A stretch of 53,603 bases of DNA, the filler included, from Bipalium vagum (Eukaryota): NCBI GenBank assembly GCA_037834085.1. It is 2 parts of 2 records of this genome, joined end to end, with 100 filler letters (N's around TTAATTAATTAA, not from the genome) between each part and the next. Parts side by side here need not be neighbours in the genome. Positions count along the whole stretch, not along the records: positions 30,789 to 53,603 come from JBBMKC010216247.1; 1 more part is not named here. One strand, written 5' to 3'. Position numbers and translations under genes: made by a program. Below the pieces are notes generated by a model. It saw only the letters and a program-made list of their open reading frames with translations, searched no databases and was not told where the DNA came from. Of the stretch, positions 36,753 to 50,004 are shown piece after piece (position 1 is the first letter of the stretch; each line of letters starts with the position of its first letter).

Positions 36753-38901
36753 CAGGATTTCCCAACCTGTGGATTTGGGAAAGCATTTTTTGGGGGTGGC
36801 TGAAAATTATTTTGAAAATAAAAAAACTTTAAACTATTTAAAATTGCATGTTTGTGTTTTATTATTCATTTTGTAAAGACAATATTTCAAATATTTTAGG
36901 ATTTTTGAAACTTATTATCATGAAAGTATATCTAGTAATTTAAAATTTTATAAAAAAATCACATATTTATTTAGAAAACACAAACTATGATCAGAAAACG
37001 TGTATATGATCCAGATTATATCAAATATGGATTTACTGCCATAACTAATAGTGGAATAATAAAACCTCAGTGTGTTCTATGTAAAGTGGTTCTAAGTTCA
37101 GAATCTATGAAGCCATCACAACTTTTCAGACATTTACAAGCGAAACATCTGGAGCACTCATAAAAGGATGTCGATTTTTTCCGCAGATATGAGAATTATT
37201 GTAAACAAGAAAGAATAGACCAAACAGGAACATTTAATCAAGAACAATCATCAATACTGCAGACATCATATGAAGTCGCATTGAGTATTGCCAAGCATAA
37301 AAAACCTCATACGATTGGAGAAACTCTGATAAAATCCTGCATGTTAAAGATGGTAAAGTTGATTCTAGGTGATTTTATAGAAGAAAGATACAAAGAATAT
37401 CTTTATCCAATAATACTATTTAAAGGCGTATAGCCGATATGTCTAAAGATGTTAAAGAGCAAATTTTTGGTGGAAATTAAAAATTCACCTTTATTTGCAT
37501 TGCAGGTAGACGAATCAACGGATATAACTTAATGTGCTCAATTGCTTGTCTTCGTAAGGTATATTCATTTAAAAGAAATGAAAGAAGAGTTGCTATTTTG
37601 TAGCCAACTAGAATCTACTGCTCAAGGAGAAGATATTATGAATAAGATTAATAATTTCTTTTTAATGAATGGATTAGATTGGGAAAAAAGTTTGTGGAAT
37701 TTGTACGGATGGTGCTCCAGCTATGCTAGGATCCAATTCTGGTTTTCAAAAGAGAGCAAGAGATTATGCTACTGAGGCTAAAGGTTTACACTACATGATT
37801 CACCGATATGCTCTAGCTTGTAAAACTCTGCCAACTCCAATGAAAGAGGCACTTAATTCTTTGATCAGAATGGTAAATTAAATAAAATCTGGATCTCTAA
37901 ACAGTAGTCTTTTTAGGCAATTATGCAAAGACATGAACTCTGATCACGAGGTTCTTTTTTATTTTACTGAAGTGCGATAGTTATCAAAAGGAAATATGGT
38001 CGGTCGTTTTTAGAGTTGAAAGAAAATATTAAATTATTCATGGAAGTACAAGGAAAATATGAATTTGAAGCATATTTCGATGATCAGTCTTGGTTGTGTA
38101 GAATCGCTTATCTATCAGACATTAGAACAACAAAATATCCTGAATCTTAGATTACAAGGAAGAGATTTAACTATTTTTGAATTTCCAGACAATCTTAAAG
38201 CATTCATAGCCAAACTGGCGAAGTAAAATGGATAAAGGAAACATGGTAATGTTTGAAAAACTATCCAGTATAATAGAAGAATTTAAATGCGAAACCAATG
38301 TCCATTTAAAAATAGAGATCACAAAACTCCTTCAATCTCTTGAAAATGAGTTTGTGTATTATCTCCCTGAGTTGACTAAGGAAGAAGCTTTACTAGTAAG
38401 ATATCCATTTTCTGATTCCATTGATATATCCAGTATTCCTGATGATGTGCAAAATGAATTCTTGGACTTACGGAACGATTCTGCGGCTCGCCACTTATAT
38501 GACAAAAATCTGCCAACTCAGTTCTGGTGTGCTATGTATCAATCATATCAAAAAGTCACAATGATTGCGTTTAGAATTTTACTTCCCTTTGTTTCAACAT
38601 ATCTATGTGAGAATGGATTTTCAACACTCATACATTTGAAAAGCAAAGCAAGAAACTGACTTAATGTTAATGCCGAAATTATGTTGGCATTAACACAAAC
38701 GCAACCACGTATTTTTAAGATAGTCAATGAGTTACAATATCAACAGTCTCATTAGGATTTGGTGATTGAATAAATGTTTTGTTATTAATAATAAATTATT
38801 AGTAGAATTAATTGTTATTGTATTTTATATATAGTGGGGTCGCCAACATTTTTTGGTTCAAAAATGAGGTCGCGATATTAATCAATTATTTGGGATCACT
38901 G
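36753..38901 (+). mobile_element. hAT transposon, Buster/Charlie group (ZBED5/8-like), decayed; transposase about 36987-38755
   Basis: Termini caggatttcccaa / ttgggatcactg; zinc finger PQCVLC..MKPSQLFRHLQAKH, KKPHTIGETLI, FALQVDESTD, CTDGAPAMLG, LLPFVSTYLCENGFS, QQSH*. Confidence 0.93.
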
Positions 38902-38999
38902 TTTAATTTGTTTAAAATTTGAATTAGAACTGTATTTATAAGTGATAATAACACAGATATATCATGTGATCATTCTGAATATGAAAGTGATAATGGATT

Positions 39000-39460
39000 T
39001 CAAATGGTTGACAATGAACACCCATATATCTCAAGTGATTCTAGCTTTTAGAAAAGTGAAGTAAAAGGTTCAAGAACCCTGAATGATATCACATGGAATT
39101 TCGTGAATACAAATGTGCTAACAACCGGAAGAAGACAATTTCATAATTTTATGTGCTTCAAGTCAGGCTTAACTTTATAATCCACTATAAGAATCAATGT
39201 AGGAATTTATCTTTTAGCATTTCGGTTATTTTTTAATGAAACAATGTTGATAAATATTATGAAATGTTCGATCAAAGAGTTCATCAAAATGGTCAATGGT
39301 CAATAACTTTGGGTGAATTAGAAAAATTTATCTTTCTTCTAATTGCAAGAGGAGTTATTGGATGAAGAATTTTGACAAATTCTAGTATGTGGGATAAATT
39401 TTGTGATTGTTTACTATTTAGTAAAACTATGAAACGTGATAGATTTGTAGGCATAATAAA
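39000..39460 (+). mobile_element. piggyBac transposase fragment (5' part)
   Basis: AFRLFFNETML, ELEKFIFLLIARGVIG, KTMKRDRF. Confidence 0.75.
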
Positions 39461-39692
39461 TGCCGCCTTTTAGCTGCGATATCAACAAAATCAGTCATAG
39501 TTTGAACAATATATTTTTGAATGTTTTTAAAACAATAATACTTAAACAAGTTATCCATTCTTAATAAATTAATATATTGTGCCATTAAAAATAAAAATTT
39601 AATAAATATAAAAAAAATAAAAATTTAAATTAGGCACAATATAAAAATTTAAAAATTAGAAATCAGTTTAAATACTCACATCCCTCATTCTC
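39461..39692 (-). repeat. Polypurine tract (39681-39692) and candidate 220-bp 3' LTR (39461-39680)
   Basis: Minus strand GAGAATGAGGGA is followed by TGTGAG...; the segment ends in ...GGCGGCA at the piggyBac junction. No second LTR is present to confirm it. Confidence 0.55.
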
Positions 39693-42600
39693 ATGAATTT
39701 TTTAATTTTTTCTACATTCCTTTCAATTGTTTTTCCTTCTCTATCTTCCAATGTATATATCCGGTCATGAATTTTTCTGTTCATCTTTAGTTCCGCCTTC
39801 GGCCTTCACAAGTACTTGTTGCCCCAGGTCGAATTTTCATCTTGTAGTTGCTTCTCTTGGTCTGCCTTGAACGTTTCTTTCCAATTTTTCTGATAAATTT
39901 TTAAATAACCCAAACCTCTCTGTAAATTTTTCTTCTAAATATGAGTTCAGCTGGACTGCATCTTAAAGTTTTCTAAAATGTTGCGTTTAAGGCAAACTCA
40001 ATATTTGGTAACAAAATTTCCCAATCATTGTTTCTTCTCTGAGCCATAGTAGTATTCATATAATCACGTATTGTTCGGAATTACCGTTCTATTATGCCGT
40101 TGGTGTTATGATGAAACTGACTAAAAAAACAGAGTTTCTCGTTACTCTAGATTCAAAGACCTTTCCACAGTCTACATGGATTTCCTTTCGTGCACCATAT
40201 TTATAGATCCATATTTCCATTATTACTTTCCTTATTGTTTCCTCATCCTGTTTCATTATCAGCGTTAATGAAATCTACCTGCTATAATGATCTCTAATAG
40301 CTAATATGTATTGTTTCCTTCGAAAAGTTTCTTTTAACGGACCGCAAATGTCTATATATATCTTTTCAAATGGCTCATCTGCTGATAATTTTATCGTATT
40401 TTCTTTCGTTTTTGTTGTCAATACTTTATGCTTCTGACAGCTTTCGCATTGTTTTAAAATCTCGGCTGTCGTCTCTCTCATGTTTTTCATATCGCAAAAA
40501 ATCAGCTGAACACCTAATAACTTTTTCGGTCCCAGCATGTGTTAGAGATATGTGAATCTCTTCACACTAACATTCGGCTCTTAGGTTTTGGAATACATGT
40601 CTTTCCTTCGAACGTTTTGACCAGACCATCTTCCAAGCGGAAATAAGATGTAATTCTCTTTTTAATATCTTCTTTAATCTGATTGATTTCATTTTCATTA
40701 TTCTGCCATTTATATACTGCCTCTTCATTTACTGTATTTATTGCTCTGCTCTTCTTTTTTCTGTCTTTGGCTCTTCATGAATCATCATACACTGAGAGCA
40801 TGTACCACAAGGTTTCTGGATAACATATCGACATTCATGTGCTCAATTCCTTTTCTGTATTGAAGTTCTATATCTAGGTGTCTAAGATTGTTCATTCACG
40901 TCTGAAATTGTGGTGTTATTGGCTTTTTGTCTTGAACATAAATTCTATTGCTTAGTGGTCTGTTCTCACTAGAAAGTTTTTTCCATACGAGTAATGCTTA
41001 AAGTGGTTACAGAAGTAATAGATTGCTAATAATTCCTTTCTTGTGATGCAGTATCCTTTTTCATAAATATTCATTACATGTGATACGTACGCGATCACTC
41101 TCTCTTTTCCATTATCGTCTGGCTTTGAAAACACTGCTCCAATCGCTTCAAAACTGGCGTCAGCATCTAATATAAACGTTCTTTTAATGTCTGGAAAACC
41201 TAGCACTGGCGTTTTTATTAGTGACTCTTTCAATTCTTGGAAGGCGACATTGTATGCTTTGGTCCATATTTTTTTTATTGTTCTTCCCACACAATTATTC
41301 TAACACTTTTGATTTTTTGCATATCCATTAATAAATTTCCGATAATAATTACAAGTGCCCAGAAAGCTTCTTAAATCTTTTACGCATTTTAGCTTCTCGA
41401 AGGTTCTAATTGTCTCAATTTTTGTTGGGTCGGTCTTGATTTCTTGTTTGTCAAATATATGTCCTAGAAATTTGACTCCTGTTCTTAGTAGATGGCATTT
41501 CTCTGGATTCACTGTTTCTTTTATCCTCTTTAGGACTTTATTTAATATGGCGTAATGATGTTCTTTATCCTTTGTGTGAATCATAATATCATCTAAATAA
41601 ACCATCGTATTTTTCAAATTTCCTAAAACCTTCGTCATTAACTCTTGAAAAGTTCCCGAAGTAGAGGCTATACAAAAAGGCATTCTTGTGAAGCAAAATT
41701 ATTCTTCTTTTGTTGAAAAACTGTTTTTTCCCGTGAATCCGTCGTCAATTCAAACTAGTAATATGCATTACCCAAGTCAATCGTGCTAAAATATTTCACT
41801 CTTTCTAATCTATCCAGTAGATCCTCTATGTTTGGCATCGGAAAAGCCTGTCGTTTAGTTACGTGGTTCAGGTTTCTAAAATCTAAACATAACCTGACAT
41901 CTTTTCTTTCTTTTTTCCATACGCAAATCAGTGGCGTGTTCCATGGCGAGTTGCACCTACTTATTATTCCGTTCTCAAATAAATTCTTTATTGGTTCATC
42001 GATTTTCTCTTCCAGATGCATTGGCTGTCTCCATGGTTTCGTGTTAATTGGTTAATTAATTAATTAACCAGTAGTTTTGATCTCATGCTTCATCATTTTT
42101 GTACATCCAATATCCCACGGATCTGCCATGAATGCTTCTTCATTTTTTTCTATCACTTCCAAGAGCTTCTTATCTTCGATGGTGACTAACATCTTCTTTG
42201 CTCTCCACAGGGCTCTTCATCTTTAACAACTCTACATAACTTGGTCTCAATGTTGCATACCTGTGAGACCTCTCTTTCCATCGAAATCTTCATTAATTTA
42301 AATCAGAACTTTGTCAAAAATTCTGCTCCTCCAATCAGCTCTGGTGAAACCTGCTCTACAATTGTGAATGACATTGACTCAGCTCTATATCCAATATAAA
42401 TATCAACTGTTATCTTTCCTACCACATTCATTGCACTATTATTCGCAGTCTTTATGATCTCCATGCATCTATGTATTTCTACATTGCCCAGTTCTAGAAA
42501 TTTATTCCGACTCATTACATTTATGCTAGCTCCACTATCCAGTAAGAATTCCATTTCGTAGCTGTGTATATTAACAGTTATACTTGGTCTTCCTTTCATC

Positions 42601-43050
42601 ACATTATATGTAATACTCTGTTCTTTAAAACTATTCAGCGTTACTATCTTCTTTTCATCTCCATTCTCAAAATTCTTCTTTAAAATTCTATTCAACTTTT
42701 CCAATTCTCTCTTTTGCCCTGACACTTTCATTTTCACTACCACCTTTCACATTCTTTATTACATTTTTCTCATTGCGAAACCGTTTTCCTACGTCTACTA
42801 GACTTCGGATGGAGCCCTCCGTTTTGGGGGGTTCGTAGTACGAGTCTGCTTGTCTTTCTCCATTTCCATAGTCTTTCTCTGTCTTCTAATATTGAAAACG
42901 CCTCCACCGTTTCTTCTGATATCTCGTTCACATTTCTCTGAAATCCATTATTTTTTCTATATTCTGTTCCTCTATTTCTCTCATAATTATATCATTGTCT
43001 GATAGCTCTTATTCTTGACTCACTGGTATAACAGTCTTTTTCACGAGGGT
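39461..43050 (-). mobile_element. Ty3/Gypsy LTR retrotransposon, 5'-truncated and decayed
   Basis: Protease FLLDSGAS; RT SPWNTP..RLCLDFRNLN, FSTIDL, YLDD; RNase H FILDADAS, ELLAI, VRTDH; integrase CESCQ, IDICGP; domain order PR-RT-RH-IN. Confidence 0.95.
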
Positions 43051-43059
43051 TATGTCATG

Positions 43060-43300
43060 AATAGTTATATAATGAATTTTCATACTTAGGCAAAGATGTA
43101 GAGAGAACAGCAACAGATATACTAAATTTGATGAAACCTTTTAGAAATTTAGGTTATAACATCAATTGCGATAATTCAATTTCTTAAATCTTTCACAACA
43201 GATACTAAAGTAAAAATTAGTACTGCTAGTACAATCTGGCTAAATTGAATAGAGTTAAAAAAACAAAAGAAATAAATTGATGATGGTGTTCAAAAAATCT
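43060..43300 (+). mobile_element. piggyBac transposase fragment (core)
   Basis: YLGKDVER..LNLMKPFRNLGYNINCDN and STIWLN*IEL, similar to piggyBac YxGK..GYNVTTDN..GTIRxNR. Confidence 0.7.
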
Positions 43301-43463
43301 GACGTTTACCTGTTTTGTCAGGCACTCATTGAAAAGAAATTCTGCCTTTTACAGATGTAGAGATTGACGGACGATCACTAATTTCAAAATTTTTTATTTT
43401 AAAACTAAATTGTTAATATCAGAAAATTTATAGGATCAATCTATTGATTATTAATAATAAGTA

Positions 43464-44958
43464 CCCTAAAGTTCCGAGTATAACTCGTGCGGTAAATAAA
43501 TTCTTTGGTAATTTGGGTAAATCTTCCTCTTCTTCATCTGCTAACTCATCAGGCTCTGAATCAGAGAAGTCATTCAATTTATCAATACGCTCCACAATAT
43601 TGGCTTTTTAAATCCGTTAACAATGCAGCAGGGAGTAATTGATTCCCATGCCTTGTTTATCCATTCACAAACAGTAGAATATGATGCTCTGCGCATTTTA
43701 CCACCTTTTGTGAATGTATGGAATCCACTAATCATCCAACGTTCCCATTTATTTCAAACTTTTGATTTAAAACTTTTATTGACTGAGATATTCAATGGCT
43801 GCAATATTTTTGTTAATTCAGCAGGAATTACAGCAATTGTTGAATATCTCTTAGCGTCTATTTTTTGAGATTTCGGTTAAATGCGAAGGAGCAGAATTAA
43901 AAATTAGAATAGATTTGAGTTCGAAGAATGATCCAGGTCTCTTTCGCCAAACCTCTTCTAACCATACTTTAAACATTTGAATATCCATCCAACCTTTTTC
44001 ATTTGCTTGAACAATGATACCCTTTGGAAATTTCTCTTTCTGTATAGATTTTCCTTTAAATATTACCATGGGAGGTAGTTTCCGAGCATCAGCAGTGACA
44101 GTTAGCACAACAGTAAAGCTACATTTCTCAGAACCCGTGGTGTTTATTTTGACATTTTCTATACCTTCCTGCTCAATTGTGCAGTTTCCTGGCATATCGG
44201 AAAACATAGGAACTTCGCCCATATTTCCTATTTGTTGTTCATTAACGCCTTGCTTTTTATCTTTTAAATATAAATAGAATAATTCGGACTTCTTTTTCCA
44301 ATCTGTAGGCATAGTTTGTTCAACCGAGGTGACTGATCTGACAGAAAACTGATTTCTATGCATAAATCTGTTACACCATCGGTTACTTCCTTTAAAATTC
44401 GATATTTCATATTAATTTAATAGATGCTGTAGAGACTTGTCTACCATCTTTTCTATGTTCTAATATCCACTTTTTAAGAGCTTCTTCTATCTGTGACCAA
44501 AATGCTTCTCTTCCTTTTCTTGCTCTTTTGGTTGCTTTTGTTAATTTAAGCAATTCTTATGTTTTCCTCCTTTCTCGAACACTTGATTCTCCAACGTTGA
44601 ACTGTCTTGCAGCTGCTCTGTTGCCATTGATTTCTGCGCATTCAATTACTTTCAATTTCATAGTTGCACAATATGATTTTCTACATTGTTTTTCTTCCAT
44701 GATAGCTAAATCTTAAAGATAATTAACATACAGTAAAATGAAGCTAATCCTTACTTCAAATAAAATTCAAACAGAAAAATTCGAAAAGTTGAATATTAAA
44801 AGAAATCTAATTTTTAATTTTCCAATGAACATTATTTATAAATTTGGATATTCTTCTTCTTAATTTCATATAATTACATTTAATGCAATTTTTTTAATGC
44901 TACATAAAAACATGCCTCTCGTTATAGATGGGTGCGCGTTATACACGGAACTTTAGGG
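43464..44958 (-). mobile_element. pogo (POGK-like) transposon with TIRs and TA target duplication; transposase starts at 44700
   Basis: 21-bp TIR ccctaaagttccgWgtataac (1 mismatch), TA on both sides; Brinker-like MKLKVIECAEINGNRAAARQF, IGNMGEVP, KLPPMVIFKG, NEKGWM; frameshifted. Confidence 0.93.
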
Positions 44959-47050
44959 TAGTTGTCCTACAAATTTTTAAAAAAATTTCTAATCAATTTA
45001 GAATTAAAATATAAATAATAATTATTATATTATATTAGTCTCTACTCTTAAATAAATATCTGGTATATAAAATTATTCTTTTCTTAATTGAAAAGCAACT
45101 CTATATAAAGAAAGTTGATAAAACAAGGGTTAACCCTCAAAATAATAATAATATTTTATAATTATATATTATAATTTTTTTTCTTTCATTAAAATATTTT
45201 AATTATTATCATGTGTGGAAATTTATTTATTAATTATAAAAACAAATTATCTTTGCAAATAAAGGACATATATTTTTCCATTTCCTAAACTGTAAAAGGA
45301 TAATTCCGTTATCATTTTATTTTTTAATCTTTAATTATAGGTTTGCTTACCACCATAATGATAGAGGAGAAAAAAATCGAGGGTAATTTTCGATAAAATG
45401 TACAACACGTGTCTCGAAGGATTCAAAATGAAAAACAAGACTAACAGAAAATTTTAAAATCTGAGGCAGAGAAATGTAGAAACAGTTATTTATTTCCACG
45501 ACAAATATTTTCAGACCATAAACAGTCTAATTTTCTACTGTTATAAAAAATGATTTCATTTAGATTTAAACAATAATTATAAGATAATAATTAACAGTAC
45601 GCTGAAAATTAAATAAATTGCACAAATTTCATACAGAATTTCAAGAAATGTAATCAGGTCAAATAGAAGAAAATGTTAATTGACAAGGAAATGTGATATA
45701 TAAAACGAGTTCGTATCCACAGATTCTTAATACATAAAATAATATTGAATATTTATTGAATATGCAGCTGAAGCAGTGGCAGTATCAGCTGGTGCCAAAA
45801 CGCTAAATTCTACCATGCCGATACGCTTACTCATGCAATGTTGAACATAAGCAGCGACAACAAATGCACAAGCACACACAAATTGGATCATGTTTTCAAC
45901 ACTGTGTGTATATAATTGGCTAATAAAAAACTTAACATTGGGCGTGTTGGTTTAGACTTGCTTGTGTGTTTGGGCGGTCCATAACAGATAAAAAATGTCA
46001 ACAAATAAATTTATTAATGCCCTTATTAATGTAAAGATTATAATTAATTAGTTACTTATTCATTGATTTTTTTAAAATTGATTTTTAATAATGGAATTGT
46101 AGAATTGGTTTTTCAGAACTAGTCACACATGAATCACTCTTGTAGTATTAGTAATTATTTTAATTTGTTATTTCGTTTTTTAAAATGATATTTACATTAG
46201 TATCATAATTGGAAGAATTTTTTTAAAAAAACGTATAAAAATGTCATTCAAAATTTAAATGGAAATCAATAATTGAAAAAAATAATATTTCTCTAGCACC
46301 AACTTGTGAATTATTTTTCTTTCAACTAAATTGATACGCATCAATGAATTTTGTCATTTTCCTTTTATTCGATGCTCAAAACGAGCGGCTTTAGGTATTT
46401 TCTTTTCAAAGTTAGAATTCGGTGAATTGAAGTTCAAAAGAGGGGTATTGATTCTTAACCATGAACATAGATTTATGCTATTTTTGCTTCATAGTATTAA
46501 AAGTTATCAGCTCCCAGACCATGACTCAAGATACATAAGTCCTTTGGTTATTGTTAAGTCAAATGAAATTTTATATTTCTATTACTGGTTAATAATAATT
46601 TCATTTTTCTTTCTTTTTTCTATTTTTGAACTGTAAAAGTACTTTGTGGTGTATTAAAAGCGATTTTTTCTAATTAAGAAATTGTCTTAGAAAAGATCGG
46701 AAAATAAACATAACGAAGAAATTCTGCTTTTATATTTTGCCCGACAAATTTGTCACTTGCTGATTAAATAATATCGAATATATAAAATATAAAAAATTAT
46801 ATTTTTCAGTTTTGTAATTCTATATTCAAGAGAATGTGAGCTTTGCAGTTGAGGAAAGAAAATTTTTTAAAAATATTTGGCCATGAACCAAAAGAAATTT
46901 ATTATTCAAAAAATTTTATTTGTAAAGATCGAGCATTAAAGACCTTGAATATAAAGTTATAATTAATAAATGCTACAGTAGAACATCTTTTTCGCCTAAT
47001 TAATTAAAAATTTACTTGGTTGATTGTTAAAAGGCTTAGATAAGGATTTA

Positions 47051-47440
47051 TAGGGTGCTTCAGAAAAAATCTGACAGGCTTGAATATAGAAAAATATATA
47101 GAAACTAAATTGGAATATTTTAAACTTACATTTATTACAGTGCGACAGTATTTAACAATACAAATGCGAAAGATACAGGCTGAAATCAATTTCCACACCA
47201 AAATAATCGAACGTTAAGCTGGCCGATGTCATTTGTTTGATAACGCCATTTATGCTTGAACTCTTTAAGATTGGTTTCTTTAAAATTTGTTCCTTTGATC
47301 TTAGATTTTATATTAGCCCAATAGCACTCGATCGAACGTAATTCCGGACAATTTGGTGGATTGTCTTCTTTTGGAATTACATTGATGTTGTTCTTGTTGT
47401 AAAATTCTTGAGCTTGTATACTGTAATGGCGACCGCCATC
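47051..47440 (-). mobile_element. DD37E transposase C-terminal fragment with terminus
   Basis: HYSIQAQEFYNKNNINVIPKEDNPPNCPELRSIECYWA; terminus tagggtgcttcag. Confidence 0.75.
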
Positions 47441-47699
47441 TTTACAATTAGAAATTACCCCGACGGCGGGATATAGTTATTTTTGTTATTATTACTAAAT
47501 CTTTATCATTATCTCGACGATGAGATAATATTATAATAATGTACCACTAATTTTTCCCATAAAACTACGTTTCTTAATTAAAACTTAATTAGTTATATTA
47601 TTATTATTATTATTGACCCTTGTTTTGATCGATCTTATGCGAAACCATGAATATGCATCGCTGATAAGCGCAGCTTACTAACTATTTTCCGCCACTGCT

Positions 47700-49135
47700 G
47701 GTGTGATCGTAAAATCTTAAATATATGCTGTTTGTTATCGATAGTTTCAATTTATCAACAATGTTTGGAATTCAAATGATTTTTGGTGGCCTCTTCTCGA
47801 TTACGACCTTTGTCAGAAGTGAAAGTTTCGTATTACTATTTTTTTCTTAATTCCATATTTTATATCCTTTTTATGAAACTCCTTCACTACGCTTTAACTG
47901 ACGAGCAATATCAGAATTGGAATAATGATCCGCGTTCCGTCAGGGCAAGTCGCTTTTCTTTTGACATTCGTACTACTTATTATAATTTTTTATATTACAA
48001 TTTAGTGAAATTTTTTTTTTATTAAGATACCTTTCAAATATTTTCGATATCACCCAAGATCGCTTATTTGTGGTATATTTTACAGACAATGATTTTACAG
48101 TGTGGTTTTTTATTACTTCCCAATTACCAAGAGGCAGTTTTTCTCTACTATCCATGTTTTCTACCACTAATACGGTATGGCGGTCTTTGGACAATTTTCT
48201 TTCTTTGCACATCTCATGAATAGTTTTTTTGGGAGACGTGAAAAAATAACCCAGTTTCGTCATTGTTGAACACACCACGAGCTTTATAATTCTTTAAAAG
48301 CTCTAAGTTTTATTTACCAAGATTTTACAATATTTCTATTGACATTAGTAAGTTCACGATAAACGGTTTTAAATGATATTTCGTGTCAAACTTTGAAACG
48401 TTTCAACCATGCCGTATTTGCTTGAAAAATCAACATTCAAATCCTTAGCAATCTTTGAGGCCTTCTCCACCAATAAAGGACCTGAAACAGGATGGTTAAT
48501 ACTTCGAATTTGTTTAAACCAGATAAGTGTGGCATTTTCTACCATGAAAGTTTTAACATTATGTATCCTGTTTCGACAGTTTCATAAAAACATGAAACAT
48601 ATGGTTCTGTTTTTATTTTTGAATTATTGTTAAAAGAATGGAATTCAGGATCCCATACTCCTTGAAAATAGCAGACTTCCTCTTGTCTGCTTTATTCAAT
48701 GCCATCAATAATTGAAGTTTATGGTGTATCGATAGTTTTTTTGTTTTAGATAAATTTACGTCATTGTAATTTGAGTCACTGAATAGTTTTCAATTAATTA
48801 CTAAATATTAAATGATATGCAATTAAATATCCGAATAATAAATTTCGGAATGTGGTCAATTAATATTAAAACAATATTAATATTAATTTATGACTGTTTA
48901 ATAAGAATAATATTAAAAGAATTTAAGATTAGAACGATAAATAAATAAATGTGATAATTCGTAAAACATATTGTTGGTTCATCAATTTTTATTAAACTTA
49001 ACCATATTTTTGTATTAAAATATTTGTGTTATTATATAAAGAGTGATTATAGGCCAATATCTATAGGCCTTGAAAATAATTTCGACTTATAATTCATTTC
49101 TTGTTACCCGTTTTCGTGCTAAACGTGTTCGACTG
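47700..49135 (-). mobile_element. Tigger (CENP-B-like) transposon remnant
   Basis: Minus-strand terminus CAGTCGAACACGTTT; VENATLIWFKQIRSINHPVSGPLLVEKA, LSVKYTTNKRSWV. A possible partner TIR cagtagaacatcttt lies at about 46976. Confidence 0.8.
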
Positions 49136-49349
49136 TCCTTTAAAATAAAAATACCCTATGTAAATATAGAAAACCTGAATTAAAAAAAATGAATATAAAT
49201 TCAAATTTTGCGTTATTTGTATAAACGAATATTCATTGGCTCATCATAATTTAAATATTTTTGATTTTTTGCAATATCTTGTTAAACAACATTTATAATA
49301 TTTTTTCTGGGAATAAGGTACAATAAGAGTAATACAATTACTCATGAAG

Positions 49350-50004
49350 AGATATTATTGTTTTTTAATTCATAATTTTGATATTCGATCAAAATTACTT
49401 CCTCGTATGTATATACGAATATTTCACACTGTTGTTTAAAGTCTCTAAAAATTATAAGATTCCTCATATTTGCTCTCAGTTTATTTTCAACCAATTGTAT
49501 GGAATTGTTACCAAATTTAAATTGAGAAAGCAATTTAATAAAATGGATAAATGTTGTCATTATTCAATCAAAATCTTAAACTACTGTCAAATTTGGTTTT
49601 TTATTGAACAATATGACAGTCATTAATTGTAATGAAGATTGTCTATATCCCCCAAAACATGTGTGAGGAGATGCATCTGCTGAAGTGTATCTGACACTGA
49701 CCCAGTTTTATGGAAATGTTTGAATTTTGAATCAATGGTTGATTTTGAGGGTTCGCCAAACTTAGGGTATTACAGTGCAAAATGCCGTTTGTATTGGTAT
49801 TAATAATATAAAATTTTTCCGTGCGAAAATAACATTCAAACAGATATATTCTCTGTTAATATTAAGACGTGTTGCAAAGTAATGATGACCAATTGAAAAG
49901 ATTTGTTTAGCTTACATATTTATAATACAAATTCAATAATTAATGGGCTGGCTAAATACAAACATTGTTTTTGTGGAGTTCGGATTAAAATGGAACACCC
50001 TGTA
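49350..50004 (-). mobile_element. Tc1/rosa-like element, 5' remnant
   Basis: Minus-strand terminus TACAGGGTGTTCC; PSKSTIDSKFKHFHKTGSVSD HTH motif. Confidence 0.65.

Noticed and set aside
46331-46636. 101-aa ORF
   Set aside because: Non-ATG start, no motif and no clear splice context
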